This document shows, one piece after another, positions 17,650-26,153 of a stretch of DNA of 27,267 bases; within the stretch, counting starts at the first letter, position 1, and each line of letters begins with the position of its first letter. The DNA comes from Spirosomataceae bacterium (GTDB lineage: Bacteria; Bacteroidota; Bacteroidia; Cytophagales; Spirosomataceae), in NCBI GenBank assembly GCA_030731175.1, contig JANQUM010000228.1:1-27267 (forward strand), given 5' to 3'. The notes beneath the pieces were generated by a model that worked only from the letters and a program-made list of their open reading frames with translations, had not been told where the DNA came from and searched no databases. The translations under genes were made by a program, and so were the position numbers.

Positions 17650-19560
17650 ATGTTTTCCAAGCAAAATTTTCCTTTTTACAGAAAGCTACCGTTGTTTTTA
17701 TCGTTACGGTTAATGGGAATATTTGCTCCGTTTTTTATTTTGAGTTGTAATATCGCCAAAGATGACGAGGCCAGGCATAAGGGAATCGTTCGTATAAATA
17801 ATTCATTTACCTTTCAAGATGTTAATGAATTAGCTAGCATTTTTCCGTACGAAAAAATTCCCCTTGAAAAGGGTCACGATAGTTTGCAGCTATTTATCAA
17901 TCAATACTTTACTAAAAACAAAAACAAAGAAAAGGTTAGTTTTGGGCAAGTTCCTGGTGCAGAGTACGGCTGGGTTTACTTGAACTTGAAAAACACAAGC
18001 GACGCAGAAAAGAAACTAGCGACTGAAATAATTTACCGAAGATCAGAAGGACTAAAAGCTTACCTTTTAAATGAAGGCAACCTCACATATATTGGTAGTG
18101 TAAACAGGACAACACCTTTATCGAAAAGATTTTATCATAATTTCGATTTAGCATTTCCGTTGGTCATCCCATCACAAAAAGAAGTTGGATTACTCATACA
18201 ATCTAAACGTTTTACGGGATCGCACGACGTCGGCTTAGTTATACAAACCGAAGACTATTACCTAACTAACGCCATCAAATTCAGTTACTTCAAGGTATTT
18301 CAACTTACGCTGCTGACAATCATTTCTATAGCAGCCCTGTTTGTGGGTTTGTTTTTTAAAAATAGGCTATTTATTAGTCTGTCATTGTTTATTTTCGCCT
18401 TAACAGTAACTGCAACAGCGTATCTTGGCTACTTTGATACAGTGAGTTTCTCCCCAAATTTCGCTTTAAATTCAGGAAATATTGCAGGCTTTATGAACCT
18501 TATCGCCAACGCAAGTTTCCACCCTTTTGGATTTTTCCTGGTAAAAGGAATATTAAAGTTTCCGAAGTTATATAAAACATTTGCGGGCATTTTGATGGTT
18601 CAGAACCTGGCATTAGCACTCACTTATTTTCTGCCGCCTAATTACTTCGTATTTGTAAATAACTACATTTACTATCTTATTATGTACCTCGCTAATGCTA
18701 ATATTGTTTGGATATTCTTCTTTGCTTTTTTATACCTTATTAGAGGGAAATCAAAATGGTTTTTAATTGGAGCTTTAGCCACTCTATCGCCTTTCTTGAT
18801 AAGGCATACTATTGAGCTTTTCAGTACCCAAGGCTTTAAGTTATACAATGAACTGAGCTTTTTAAGTCCATATTTTCTTATTGCGGCATTTATCTATCTA
18901 TCATTTGTGCAATTGAAGTCTAAGCTAATATTGAAATCTGTTGCCGACGAGACACTTTCAAAACTTACCTCATCCTTGCATGAGCTAAATAATAACGAGA
19001 TTACAAAAATTGGCCGAAACCTGCATGACCAAGTTGGTAATACGCTTGCAACCGCATTGGAGTACCTCAATTTGAAAAAGGATAGTACAATAGAAGCAAA
19101 AGGACTTATACTTTTGGCAATCAATGAGTTACGAGTGATAAGCCATAATATTGTTCGTTCAAATACTACAATTTATAATACCGTTGAAATCGAAAAGCTG
19201 ATTCTGCGAATGAATGACTTTTCCTCAATAAATTATTATTTTAAAGACTATTCTGACAACCAATTTGATAAACTTAGCGACAATCAGAAACAGAACACTT
19301 ATGCAATCATTCAGGAATTGTTAACCAATATCCTTAAACACTCCGGAGCAACCGAGGTTTTCGTGGAAATTTACCACGAAAAAAATAAGATACGGGTAAA
19401 CGTAGAGGACAACGGTAAGGGCTACGACACCTCAAAAGAATATGCAGGAATAGGGCTCACAAACATTCAGAGTAGGGTTGCTTTATTAGATTTTCATTAC
19501 TTTATCGAATCAACTGATAAAGGAACAAGTGTCTTTATAGAAATAGCCTATGAAAATTAA
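17650..19560 (+). CDS. Sensor histidine kinase, 7TM-DISM input, HisKA_3-type core
   Basis: Extracellular domain with VSFG..YGWVYLNLKN, about 7 TM segments, H-box RNLHDQVGNTL, N-box IQELLTNILKHS, VEDNGKG, GIGLTNI. Confidence 0.92.
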   Translation: MFSKQNFPFYRKLPLFLSLRLMGIFAPFFILSCNIAKDDEARHKGIVRINNSFTFQDVNELASIFPYEKIPLEKGHDSLQLFINQYFTKNKNKEKVSFGQVPGAEYGWVYLNLKNTSDAEKKLATEIIYRRSEGLKAYLLNEGNLTYIGSVNRTTPLSKRFYHNFDLAFPLVIPSQKEVGLLIQSKRFTGSHDVGLVIQTEDYYLTNAIKFSYFKVFQLTLLTIISIAALFVGLFFKNRLFISLSLFIFALTVTATAYLGYFDTVSFSPNFALNSGNIAGFMNLIANASFHPFGFFLVKGILKFPKLYKTFAGILMVQNLALALTYFLPPNYFVFVNNYIYYLIMYLANANIVWIFFFAFLYLIRGKSKWFLIGALATLSPFLIRHTIELFSTQGFKLYNELSFLSPYFLIAAFIYLSFVQLKSKLILKSVADETLSKLTSSLHELNNNEITKIGRNLHDQVGNTLATALEYLNLKKDSTIEAKGLILLAINELRVISHNIVRSNTTIYNTVEIEKLILRMNDFSSINYYFKDYSDNQFDKLSDNQKQNTYAIIQELLTNILKHSGATEVFVEIYHEKNKIRVNVEDNGKGYDTSKEYAGIGLTNIQSRVALLDFHYFIESTDKGTSVFIEIAYEN

Positions 19561-20170
19561 CGTTTTAATAATTGACGACCACGTACTTTTTTCTCAGGGC
19601 TTAAGCCTGATATTGAAGGAGTCTGGCAAATTCAAAGTACTTAATCAAGTACAAGACAGTAGAGAAGCAGTACACAACTATTGCAAATTAACTCCTGATT
19701 TGGTATTAATAGATTATAATATGCCTCATTTATCTGGGTTGGATATTGTAAAAGAATTAGCCAAACAGGTACATAAAAGTAAAATAGTAGTTTTAAGTAT
19801 GTATGCAGAGGAGAGTGACCTAATTAAATTTAAGGAATTAGGAGTAAATGGATACATAACAAAAACTACACCAGCAGATCTTCTGATTGCGTCACTACAT
19901 CAGGTTATGGACGGTGAAATTGTATTCGAAAAAGGATTACAAAAGAAGGTTGTTTTAAAAGGAAAAAAAGACATCTTTAAACTTAAAAACAACCTAACAA
20001 ATCGAGAAATTGATATTCTTTTAGAAATCAAAAAGGGGCATACCACCCAAAAAATTGCAGAAAACCTAAGTCTCAGTTTTTACACTGTAGAAACACACCG
20101 AAAGAATATAAACAGGAAACTAAATTTTAGCTCAAAAAGTGATTTTTTCGACTTTTTAAAATCGATGTAA
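19550..20170 (+). CDS. NarL/LuxR family response regulator
   Basis: IIDDH, DLVLIDYNMP, GVNGYITK, LTNREIDIL..G.TTQKIAENLSLSFYTVETHRKNINRKL; overlaps the kinase stop by 11 nt. Confidence 0.95.
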   Translation: MKINVLIIDDHVLFSQGLSLILKESGKFKVLNQVQDSREAVHNYCKLTPDLVLIDYNMPHLSGLDIVKELAKQVHKSKIVVLSMYAEESDLIKFKELGVNGYITKTTPADLLIASLHQVMDGEIVFEKGLQKKVVLKGKKDIFKLKNNLTNREIDILLEIKKGHTTQKIAENLSLSFYTVETHRKNINRKLNFSSKSDFFDFLKSM

Positions 20171-20252
20171 CCGACTTTTTGTTTGACAAAGAGTAAAATA
20201 ACTAAAAACGCTCTCCAAAAATGGTTGGGCATTTTTTTTGAAGTAAAATATA

Positions 20253-20744
20253 TCAGCTCATCAACTCCTTCCGTTTCAGAATCGTTTCCATCAGCTTTAA
20301 ATCGTGTGGGCTGTTGAAAACAGTGAACGGGAATCGCAAAAACTGAGCGTTACTGATAAATAACATAAACGCATCTTTGGTCATTTCTGCTTTTTCAATG
20401 GTATCCCATTTAATCATTCCGCCTTCTTTGGCATTGATTTTCATCAAAATGTGGCGGCTGTCTATTTCGTACGAAAAGCGGTCAAACATCTGCTTGTTTT
20501 GTTCCATTTCGGTGGCGGCGTAAAACTGCACGTACCAGAATACCGCGTATAAGATTGCTCCGACCACGGCGGTTATCGGAATCCAGTAGTTTTTGTAAAT
20601 TCCGGTAAAGTGTAGAATTAGTCCTAAGACCAATACGGCAGCGGGAATCAAAAACCAAAACCAGCGGGTAATCATGCGGCGTTGGAAAGAATAGTTGATA
20701 TAATGCTTTTTATCGAGGGCGAATTTCTTCGTTTTGATTGTCAT
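20253..20744 (-). CDS. YcxB-like membrane protein
   Basis: Two N-terminal TM helices, then IKWDTIEKAEMTKDAFMLFIS..FLRFPFTVF, typical of YcxB C-terminal domains. Confidence 0.7.
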   Translation of the reverse strand: MTIKTKKFALDKKHYINYSFQRRMITRWFWFLIPAAVLVLGLILHFTGIYKNYWIPITAVVGAILYAVFWYVQFYAATEMEQNKQMFDRFSYEIDSRHILMKINAKEGGMIKWDTIEKAEMTKDAFMLFISNAQFLRFPFTVFNSPHDLKLMETILKRKELMS

Positions 20745-20772
20745 TTCTGTAAATTTCTTCGTTTTGTGGTCG

Positions 20773-20780
20773 CAAAAATA
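20773..20780 (-). promoter_or_regulatory. -7 promoter element for the ycxB-like gene
   Basis: TATTTTTG on the minus strand, 28 nt upstream of the ATG. Confidence 0.55.
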
Positions 20781-20832
20781 GAAAAACGACCCGAAAGGAA
20801 AGAAGAATGCACCACGTTTTATTTACATTTTG

Positions 20833-20840
20833 TAATTTTG
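20833..20840 (+). promoter_or_regulatory. -7 promoter element for the PRTase gene
   Basis: TAATTTTG, 18 nt upstream of the ATG at 20859. Confidence 0.55.
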
Positions 20841-20858
20841 ATTTTACAATTCTACCTT

Positions 20859-21374
20859 ATGGACGAAATAAAAGCGAGCAACTTACTTTTAAACGCTACT
20901 CAAACGAATCAAAAAATTCGGCGAATTGCGTACCAAATCTACGAGAATAACTTTTCGGAGAAAGAAATCGTTATTGCCGGGGTGGTGGGAGAGGGATTTA
21001 TCTTTGCCGAACTAATTGTGGCAGAACTCGTTAAAATTGCGAAATGCAAAATTAGTATTGCCGAAGTTTCTTTTAACAAAAAAGCGGCTTCACAGCCTGA
21101 AATAAACATCAAAAGTACCATTGATACTTTCAAGAACAAATCTGTTATCATCACAGACGACGTACTAAATACCGGGCGAACGCTTGCCTTTTGTTTACGA
21201 CCATTTCTGAGTATTCCGCTAAAAAAACTGCAAGTTGCCGTATTGGTTGACCGCAATCACCCGCAGTTTCCTATTGCCGCAGATTATGTTGGCTACGCAC
21301 TTTCTACCACGCTGAATGAACACGTGCAGGTAGTTTTGGGCGACGAAGAAAAGAAAGGCGTTTATTTGTATTGA
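20859..21374 (+). CDS. PyrR-like type I phosphoribosyltransferase
   Basis: KIRRIAYQIYENN, PRPP-binding IITDDVLNTGRT, VLVDRNH..FPIAADYVG. ATG 20859 preferred; the track start overlaps the divergent gene. Confidence 0.85.
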   Translation: MDEIKASNLLLNATQTNQKIRRIAYQIYENNFSEKEIVIAGVVGEGFIFAELIVAELVKIAKCKISIAEVSFNKKAASQPEINIKSTIDTFKNKSVIITDDVLNTGRTLAFCLRPFLSIPLKKLQVAVLVDRNHPQFPIAADYVGYALSTTLNEHVQVVLGDEEKKGVYLY

Positions 21375-21397
21375 GTGGTGTTAATGAAACTAATTGA

Positions 21398-22477
21398 TTA
21401 AAGCTTATTTCCTCTCGCACGCAAATAGAAATCAACCAAAACAAGTGCTGACATTGCTTCTACAATAGGAACGGCACGTGGCAGAACGCAAGGATCATGG
21501 CGGCCTTTTCCGCTTACGGTTACAGCTTCTCCGCTCGCGTTTACGCTTTTTTGGTCTTTCATAATCGTTGCCGTTGGTTTAAACGCCACGTTGAAATACA
21601 CGTCCTCGCCGTTTGAAATACCGCCCTGCACACCGCCCGAATGGTTAGTGGTGGTATTAACTTTTCCGGCTTCGTCAATCTCAAATTCGTCGTTATGTTC
21701 TGAGCCAAATAATTTTACGCCTTCAAAACCACTACCGTATTCAAAACCTTTCACGGCGTTTATACTCAGCATCGCTTTGCCGAGTTCGGCGTGGAGTTTG
21801 TCAAAAACGGGTTCGCCCCAACCAACCGGAACTCCCGTCAAAACGCCCGTGATTATGCCTCCTATTGAATCTCCTTTTTTTCGGGTTTCGTCAATATAAT
21901 CAAACATTTGTTGAGCCATTTCAGGGTCAGGGCAACGCACGGCGTTATCGTCTATTTTGCTCAAATCAAGTTCTTTGTATGATTTCTCGAGAGCCATTTT
22001 ACCAATTTGTGTAACGTAGGCAAATACTTCAACACCGAGTTTTTTCAAAATTAATTTGGCAACTGCTCCCGCCGCTACCCTTGCCGCCGTTTCACGAGCC
22101 GAGCTGCGTCCACCGCCTCGGTAATCTCGGTTTCCGTACTTTTCGGTGTACGTATAGTCAGCGTGCGATGGGCGAAATTTATCAGCAATATGGCCGTAAT
22201 CTTTGCTGCGTTGATCTTCGTTATAAATCACGATGGCGATGGGCGTTCCGGTTGTCTTTCCTTCAAAAACTCCCGAAAGCACTTGAAAGGTATCGGCTTC
22301 TTTTCGTTGGGTAGTTATGCGTGATTGCCCCGGCTTGCGGCGGTCAAGTTCGTGCTGGATAAATTCTTCATCAAAGTCAAGGCCCGCAGGGCAGCCGTCA
22401 ATGGTTACTCCAATTGCTTTGCCGTGCGATTCCCCAAAAGTTGAAATCTTGAATATTTTACCGTAAGTACTGCTCAT
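21398..22477 (-). CDS. aroC: Chorismate synthase
   Basis: [62 protein letters not shown]. Confidence 0.98.
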   Translation of the reverse strand: MSSTYGKIFKISTFGESHGKAIGVTIDGCPAGLDFDEEFIQHELDRRKPGQSRITTQRKEADTFQVLSGVFEGKTTGTPIAIVIYNEDQRSKDYGHIADKFRPSHADYTYTEKYGNRDYRGGGRSSARETAARVAAGAVAKLILKKLGVEVFAYVTQIGKMALEKSYKELDLSKIDDNAVRCPDPEMAQQMFDYIDETRKKGDSIGGIITGVLTGVPVGWGEPVFDKLHAELGKAMLSINAVKGFEYGSGFEGVKLFGSEHNDEFEIDEAGKVNTTTNHSGGVQGGISNGEDVYFNVAFKPTATIMKDQKSVNASGEAVTVSGKGRHDPCVLPRAVPIVEAMSALVLVDFYLRARGNKL

Positions 22478-22528
22478 TCGTAAGTGTCGTGAATTAGTAT
22501 ATTGTAGTTTTATTTTCGGATCTGTAAG

Positions 22529-23914
22529 TTAACCCGTTTTGCTTTTCCTCATCATATAAAGTAAGGCAATTATCATGCTGATAATCAGTACGTTGGATAA
22601 GTTTTTCAGAATAATGCGGTAGTTTACCGGAATATCCGCTGAGTTGATATTTTCTAATCCGTCGTAAATATCGTTTTGCTTGCGACTTGCCGATGTGATT
22701 TTTTCTCCCGAAACACGCAACGTGACGCTTGAAGTAAGGGTATCGTAAGCGGCTTTATTGGTGTTGAAATATATAAAGCTGAAATAATTGTCGAGCGATA
22801 TAGTGCCTGAGTCTTTCGGGAATATCATAAATTTAAAGATACGTTCGCCGTTCAAACTTCCTTCCTGAATATTATTTTTTACCTCCGACGGGTAAAAGTC
22901 AAAAAGGGCATCATTTTCTGGCGTGGGCAAATTTACGGTGGCAAAGTTTCCTTCACCCATTATTCGAAATTCGTACGGCACGCTTACGCCTGTTTCCGTT
23001 TCGCCGTTGGTTAACCATTCCCGTACAGAAAAATTACCAACGGGTACTTTGTCTTTTAAGGGATGCTCGGGAAGCGGCATTACGCTTACTTTTGCGGCTT
23101 TCGCTAAAAAACCTCTCTTGATGTCTTCGGTTTCTGTGCCGGTTTTGAGCATGTTTAGGGTTACCGGCTTTATAGTAATTGCCGTTGTATTAAGCGGGTA
23201 ATAGGTGGCTTCAAAAACTGTGTATTGTGTGTAGCCCCGGCCGTTTATTCGGGTTCGCTGTGCAGTGATATTGGTAATCCCCCTACGGGTTTCAAGGCAA
23301 TTTGCGGGTTTGATTGCTTGGGCCATTGCCTCAACCTGAGCGTTAAGGTCGTTCGGAAAATCCCAACCAACGGTGTTTACGTCCGCAACGTAAAAGCCTA
23401 CTGTTACTTTAAAACCTTGCCCCACAAAAACCGATTCCTTAGAAACGTTCATTATTAATTGGGCATCTTCTTTCGCGTCAAGTGTAATGATTTCCGTTCG
23501 GAGCGAATCCGTCACGTAAGTTTCATCACTTTTACTTGATAACACATTGATGATTTCACCGGGCAGACTTCGTTCTACGTTGTTTACAATAATTGAGGTC
23601 GGGGAAAGCTTGAACGCCCCTGACTTTTTAGGAATGTAACTTTGGGTTATGGTGTGTTCAATACCCCGAACGCCATTTTTCTTAAACGCCACGTGTGCCA
23701 CTGATCGCCCCGCCCGATTAAAACCGTCAATTTGAGGGAAATCAGAAACTTCGTATTCTTTCGCCCGAATTACTATTTTAATCGTAAATTTTTCATCTAA
23801 TTCAATAGAAGTTTTACCGTAAGACACGCTGACATCACCTTGCTGTGACCATCCCCAAACCGGAAATGTCAGCAACGCAATTGTTAATAAAATATGTACC
23901 TTCGGGAAACTCAC
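22529..23914 (-). CDS. batD: BatD family protein
   Basis: Signal peptide, beta-sandwich repeats (VSKESVFVGQ, VGNFSV, GEGN), single C-terminal TM; GTG start. No batABC/E neighbours here. Confidence 0.75.
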   Translation of the reverse strand: MSFPKVHILLTIALLTFPVWGWSQQGDVSVSYGKTSIELDEKFTIKIVIRAKEYEVSDFPQIDGFNRAGRSVAHVAFKKNGVRGIEHTITQSYIPKKSGAFKLSPTSIIVNNVERSLPGEIINVLSSKSDETYVTDSLRTEIITLDAKEDAQLIMNVSKESVFVGQGFKVTVGFYVADVNTVGWDFPNDLNAQVEAMAQAIKPANCLETRRGITNITAQRTRINGRGYTQYTVFEATYYPLNTTAITIKPVTLNMLKTGTETEDIKRGFLAKAAKVSVMPLPEHPLKDKVPVGNFSVREWLTNGETETGVSVPYEFRIMGEGNFATVNLPTPENDALFDFYPSEVKNNIQEGSLNGERIFKFMIFPKDSGTISLDNYFSFIYFNTNKAAYDTLTSSVTLRVSGEKITSASRKQNDIYDGLENINSADIPVNYRIILKNLSNVLIISMIIALLYMMRKSKTG

Positions 23915-23918
23915 TTCA

Positions 23919-23926
23919 CAAAGTTA
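23919..23926 (-). promoter_or_regulatory. -7 promoter element for batD(-aroC)
   Basis: TAACTTTG on the minus strand, 4 nt before the GTG. Confidence 0.55.
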
Positions 23927-23934
23927 TCAACTAT

Positions 23935-24954
23935 ATGAGAAATAAGACGAAACAACTGATAAAAAACACACTTCTGCTTGGCTGTATTTTGATTTCACCG
24001 GCGGCGATTTCGCAGGATATCGCTGATTTATCAACCAAAACCACCGCATCTTTTCGTTCCATGAGCGTAGTGAATGATGCCGTAATTTGGGCGGGTGGCT
24101 CGGGTGGAACAATCGTAAAATCTGTAAACGGGGCAAAAAGTTGGGAGGTTTTTACGATTGACGTAAAGCTCGATTTTCGTGGAATTTACGCCTTTGATGC
24201 ACAAAACGCCGTGGCGATGTCTGCCGGAGAAGCCGAAACCGGAGCAGCAAAGATTTATAAAACTACCAATGGAGGAAAAAGCTGGGAAGTAGTTTTTGAA
24301 ACAACAGAAACGGGCGTATTTCTCGATTGCTTAAAATTCAAAGATAAAAAGACGGGTTATGTTCTCGGCGATCCCATCAGCGGTAAACCTTACGTGCTAA
24401 AAACAACGAACGGCGGGAAATCATGGAAACGAATAAATCCTGAAATATTCCCTGACATGATAGAGGGCGAAGCGTCTTTTGCGGCGAGTAATTCTAATAT
24501 TTCTGTTCATAAAAAACGAGTGTTATTCAGCACGCAAAGTCGCGTTTATATTTCGGAGAATGCGGGGAAGTCGTGGCAAGTTTCGCAAACACCTTTCAAA
24601 CAGGGAAGTACTGCCGGAATTTTTGGGTTGTACTTTTTGGGTGAAGAACGTGGCTTTGCTGTCGGCGGAGATTACGTGGATGACAAAACGGAATACCCCA
24701 ATATTGCTCAAACTTTTGACGGTGGAAATACCTGGAATTTCACCGAAACCGCAAAGCCATTTGGTTTGAAAGAATCGGTTTGGCAATCGGGAAAGAACGA
24801 GTTCTTCATAGTAGGAACATCGGGCGTAAGCAAATCAACAGATGATGGAAAGATGTGGCAAAGCGTTTCTAACGACCCTTACCACGTGGTTCAGTGCGGC
24901 GAAGCTAAATGCTACGCTATTGGTGGGAAGGGTAGATTTGTTGTGTTGAACTAA
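23935..24954 (+). CDS. Secreted BNR/Asp-box beta-propeller protein (Ycf48-like)
   Basis: Six Asp-box repeats: SVNGAKSW, TTNGGKSW (x2), SENAGKSW, TFDGGNTW, STDDGKMW; signal peptide from ATG 23935. Confidence 0.85.
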   Translation: MRNKTKQLIKNTLLLGCILISPAAISQDIADLSTKTTASFRSMSVVNDAVIWAGGSGGTIVKSVNGAKSWEVFTIDVKLDFRGIYAFDAQNAVAMSAGEAETGAAKIYKTTNGGKSWEVVFETTETGVFLDCLKFKDKKTGYVLGDPISGKPYVLKTTNGGKSWKRINPEIFPDMIEGEASFAASNSNISVHKKRVLFSTQSRVYISENAGKSWQVSQTPFKQGSTAGIFGLYFLGEERGFAVGGDYVDDKTEYPNIAQTFDGGNTWNFTETAKPFGLKESVWQSGKNEFFIVGTSGVSKSTDDGKMWQSVSNDPYHVVQCGEAKCYAIGGKGRFVVLN

Positions 24955-25008
24955 ACCAATAAGAATTGAACAAGGAAGTTAGATGCGAAAAAGTCTAAAA
25001 TGATCTCT

Positions 25009-26004
25009 TTATCCCAACGGTAAATAGATTTTATCCGCCAATTCTTGATATTCTTTACGGGCATCGCTGCGGGTGGTGATACCGCCGCCACTTTTGAAGT
25101 AAAATTGCCCGTTACGCTTTTCGATGAACCGAATCATCACGGCAGAGTTCAGGCTTTCGCCGTCAAATAAGCCAAAAATCCCCGTGTAAAACCCTCGTTT
25201 CCCGTTTTCGTAAGTTAGCTTTTCTGCTTCCTGAATAATGTTTACGGTTTTATCTTTTGGTGCTCCCGAAATAGAACCCGCGGGAAGTAGTTCATTTAAA
25301 ACCCCACCGATATTATCCCGCCAGTCTTCGGGTAATTGTCCGCAAATTTCGGAACTGACTTGCAGTAATTCCCGCCCGTCGTCTTTCGTGATTTTTTCTA
25401 CATACCGAAAGCGTTCAACCCACACTTTATTACATACTTTGCTGAGGTCGTTTCTGATTAAATCAACGATGGTTGTGTGTTCGTATTTTTCTTTGAGATC
25501 ATTGAGTAGGAGTGATTCCGCATTGGGCAGCTTGGCATCAATAGTGCCTTTCATCGGGAAAGAAGAAATTTTGCCCTCACCCGTAATCTGAACGAACGTT
25601 TCTGGTGAATAACACAGGAAGTTATCCTTTACAAATAACTTGTACTTCGCCCGTGCTTTTTCGTAGATTTCTTCCATAGAAACCCCCAATTCAATTGGTG
25701 TTTCGGCGGTCAGGTTTGTTAAAAAACTATTGCCGTAATTCAGGTTTTCTTTAACAATATCAAAGGCTTTTTTGTAAGTAGAAAAGGGGAGCGGGGATTT
25801 CTGCAGGATAGCAACCTCACTCAGCTCAAAATCCTCACGCCCAGCCACTCGTTGGGGTTCCATCTCAAACCGCACCCGATCCTGATTTAGTTCGCTCAAT
25901 GGAATAACGAACGGTTGTTCCATCTCGAAGTCAATTACAAACAAAAATGGAAGACGTTGCCTTCCATTTTTGTTGAGCTGATCAATAAATTCTTTATACG
26001 GCAT
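25009..26004 (-). CDS. pabB: Aminodeoxychorismate synthase component I
   Basis: GNSFLTNLT, SPETFV, PMKGTI, KEKYEHTTIVDLIRNDL, LPAGSISGAPK, RGFYTG, SAVMIRF, SGGGIT. ATG at 26004 preferred over TTG 26046. Confidence 0.92.
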   Translation of the reverse strand: MPYKEFIDQLNKNGRQRLPFLFVIDFEMEQPFVIPLSELNQDRVRFEMEPQRVAGREDFELSEVAILQKSPLPFSTYKKAFDIVKENLNYGNSFLTNLTAETPIELGVSMEEIYEKARAKYKLFVKDNFLCYSPETFVQITGEGKISSFPMKGTIDAKLPNAESLLLNDLKEKYEHTTIVDLIRNDLSKVCNKVWVERFRYVEKITKDDGRELLQVSSEICGQLPEDWRDNIGGVLNELLPAGSISGAPKDKTVNIIQEAEKLTYENGKRGFYTGIFGLFDGESLNSAVMIRFIEKRNGQFYFKSGGGITTRSDARKEYQELADKIYLPLG

Positions 26005-26153
26005 AGAGTCAATAATAAATGACGGCGAATTTTGCTGTTTCGTCAATAGCCAAATTCTAATTCACATTTAGTTAAAACTAAAAAGGAGTTTTAAAGTTTC
26101 ATGAGATTATTATTCGACATTGCCTTCAAGAAATCAGATGTTTGTACCATTAT

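Noticed and set aside
20682-20858. N-terminal extension of the PRTase ORF
   Set aside because: Overlaps the divergent ycxB-like gene and both promoters; ATG 20859 fits the family and its -7 element.
23845-23934. N-terminal extension of the BNR protein ORF
   Set aside because: Overlaps the batD start; ATG 23935 gives a normal signal peptide.
3742-26004. aroE, aroC and pabB in one window as a possible chorismate-derived biosynthetic cluster
   Set aside because: Separated by many unrelated housekeeping genes in different transcription units, and all look canonical.
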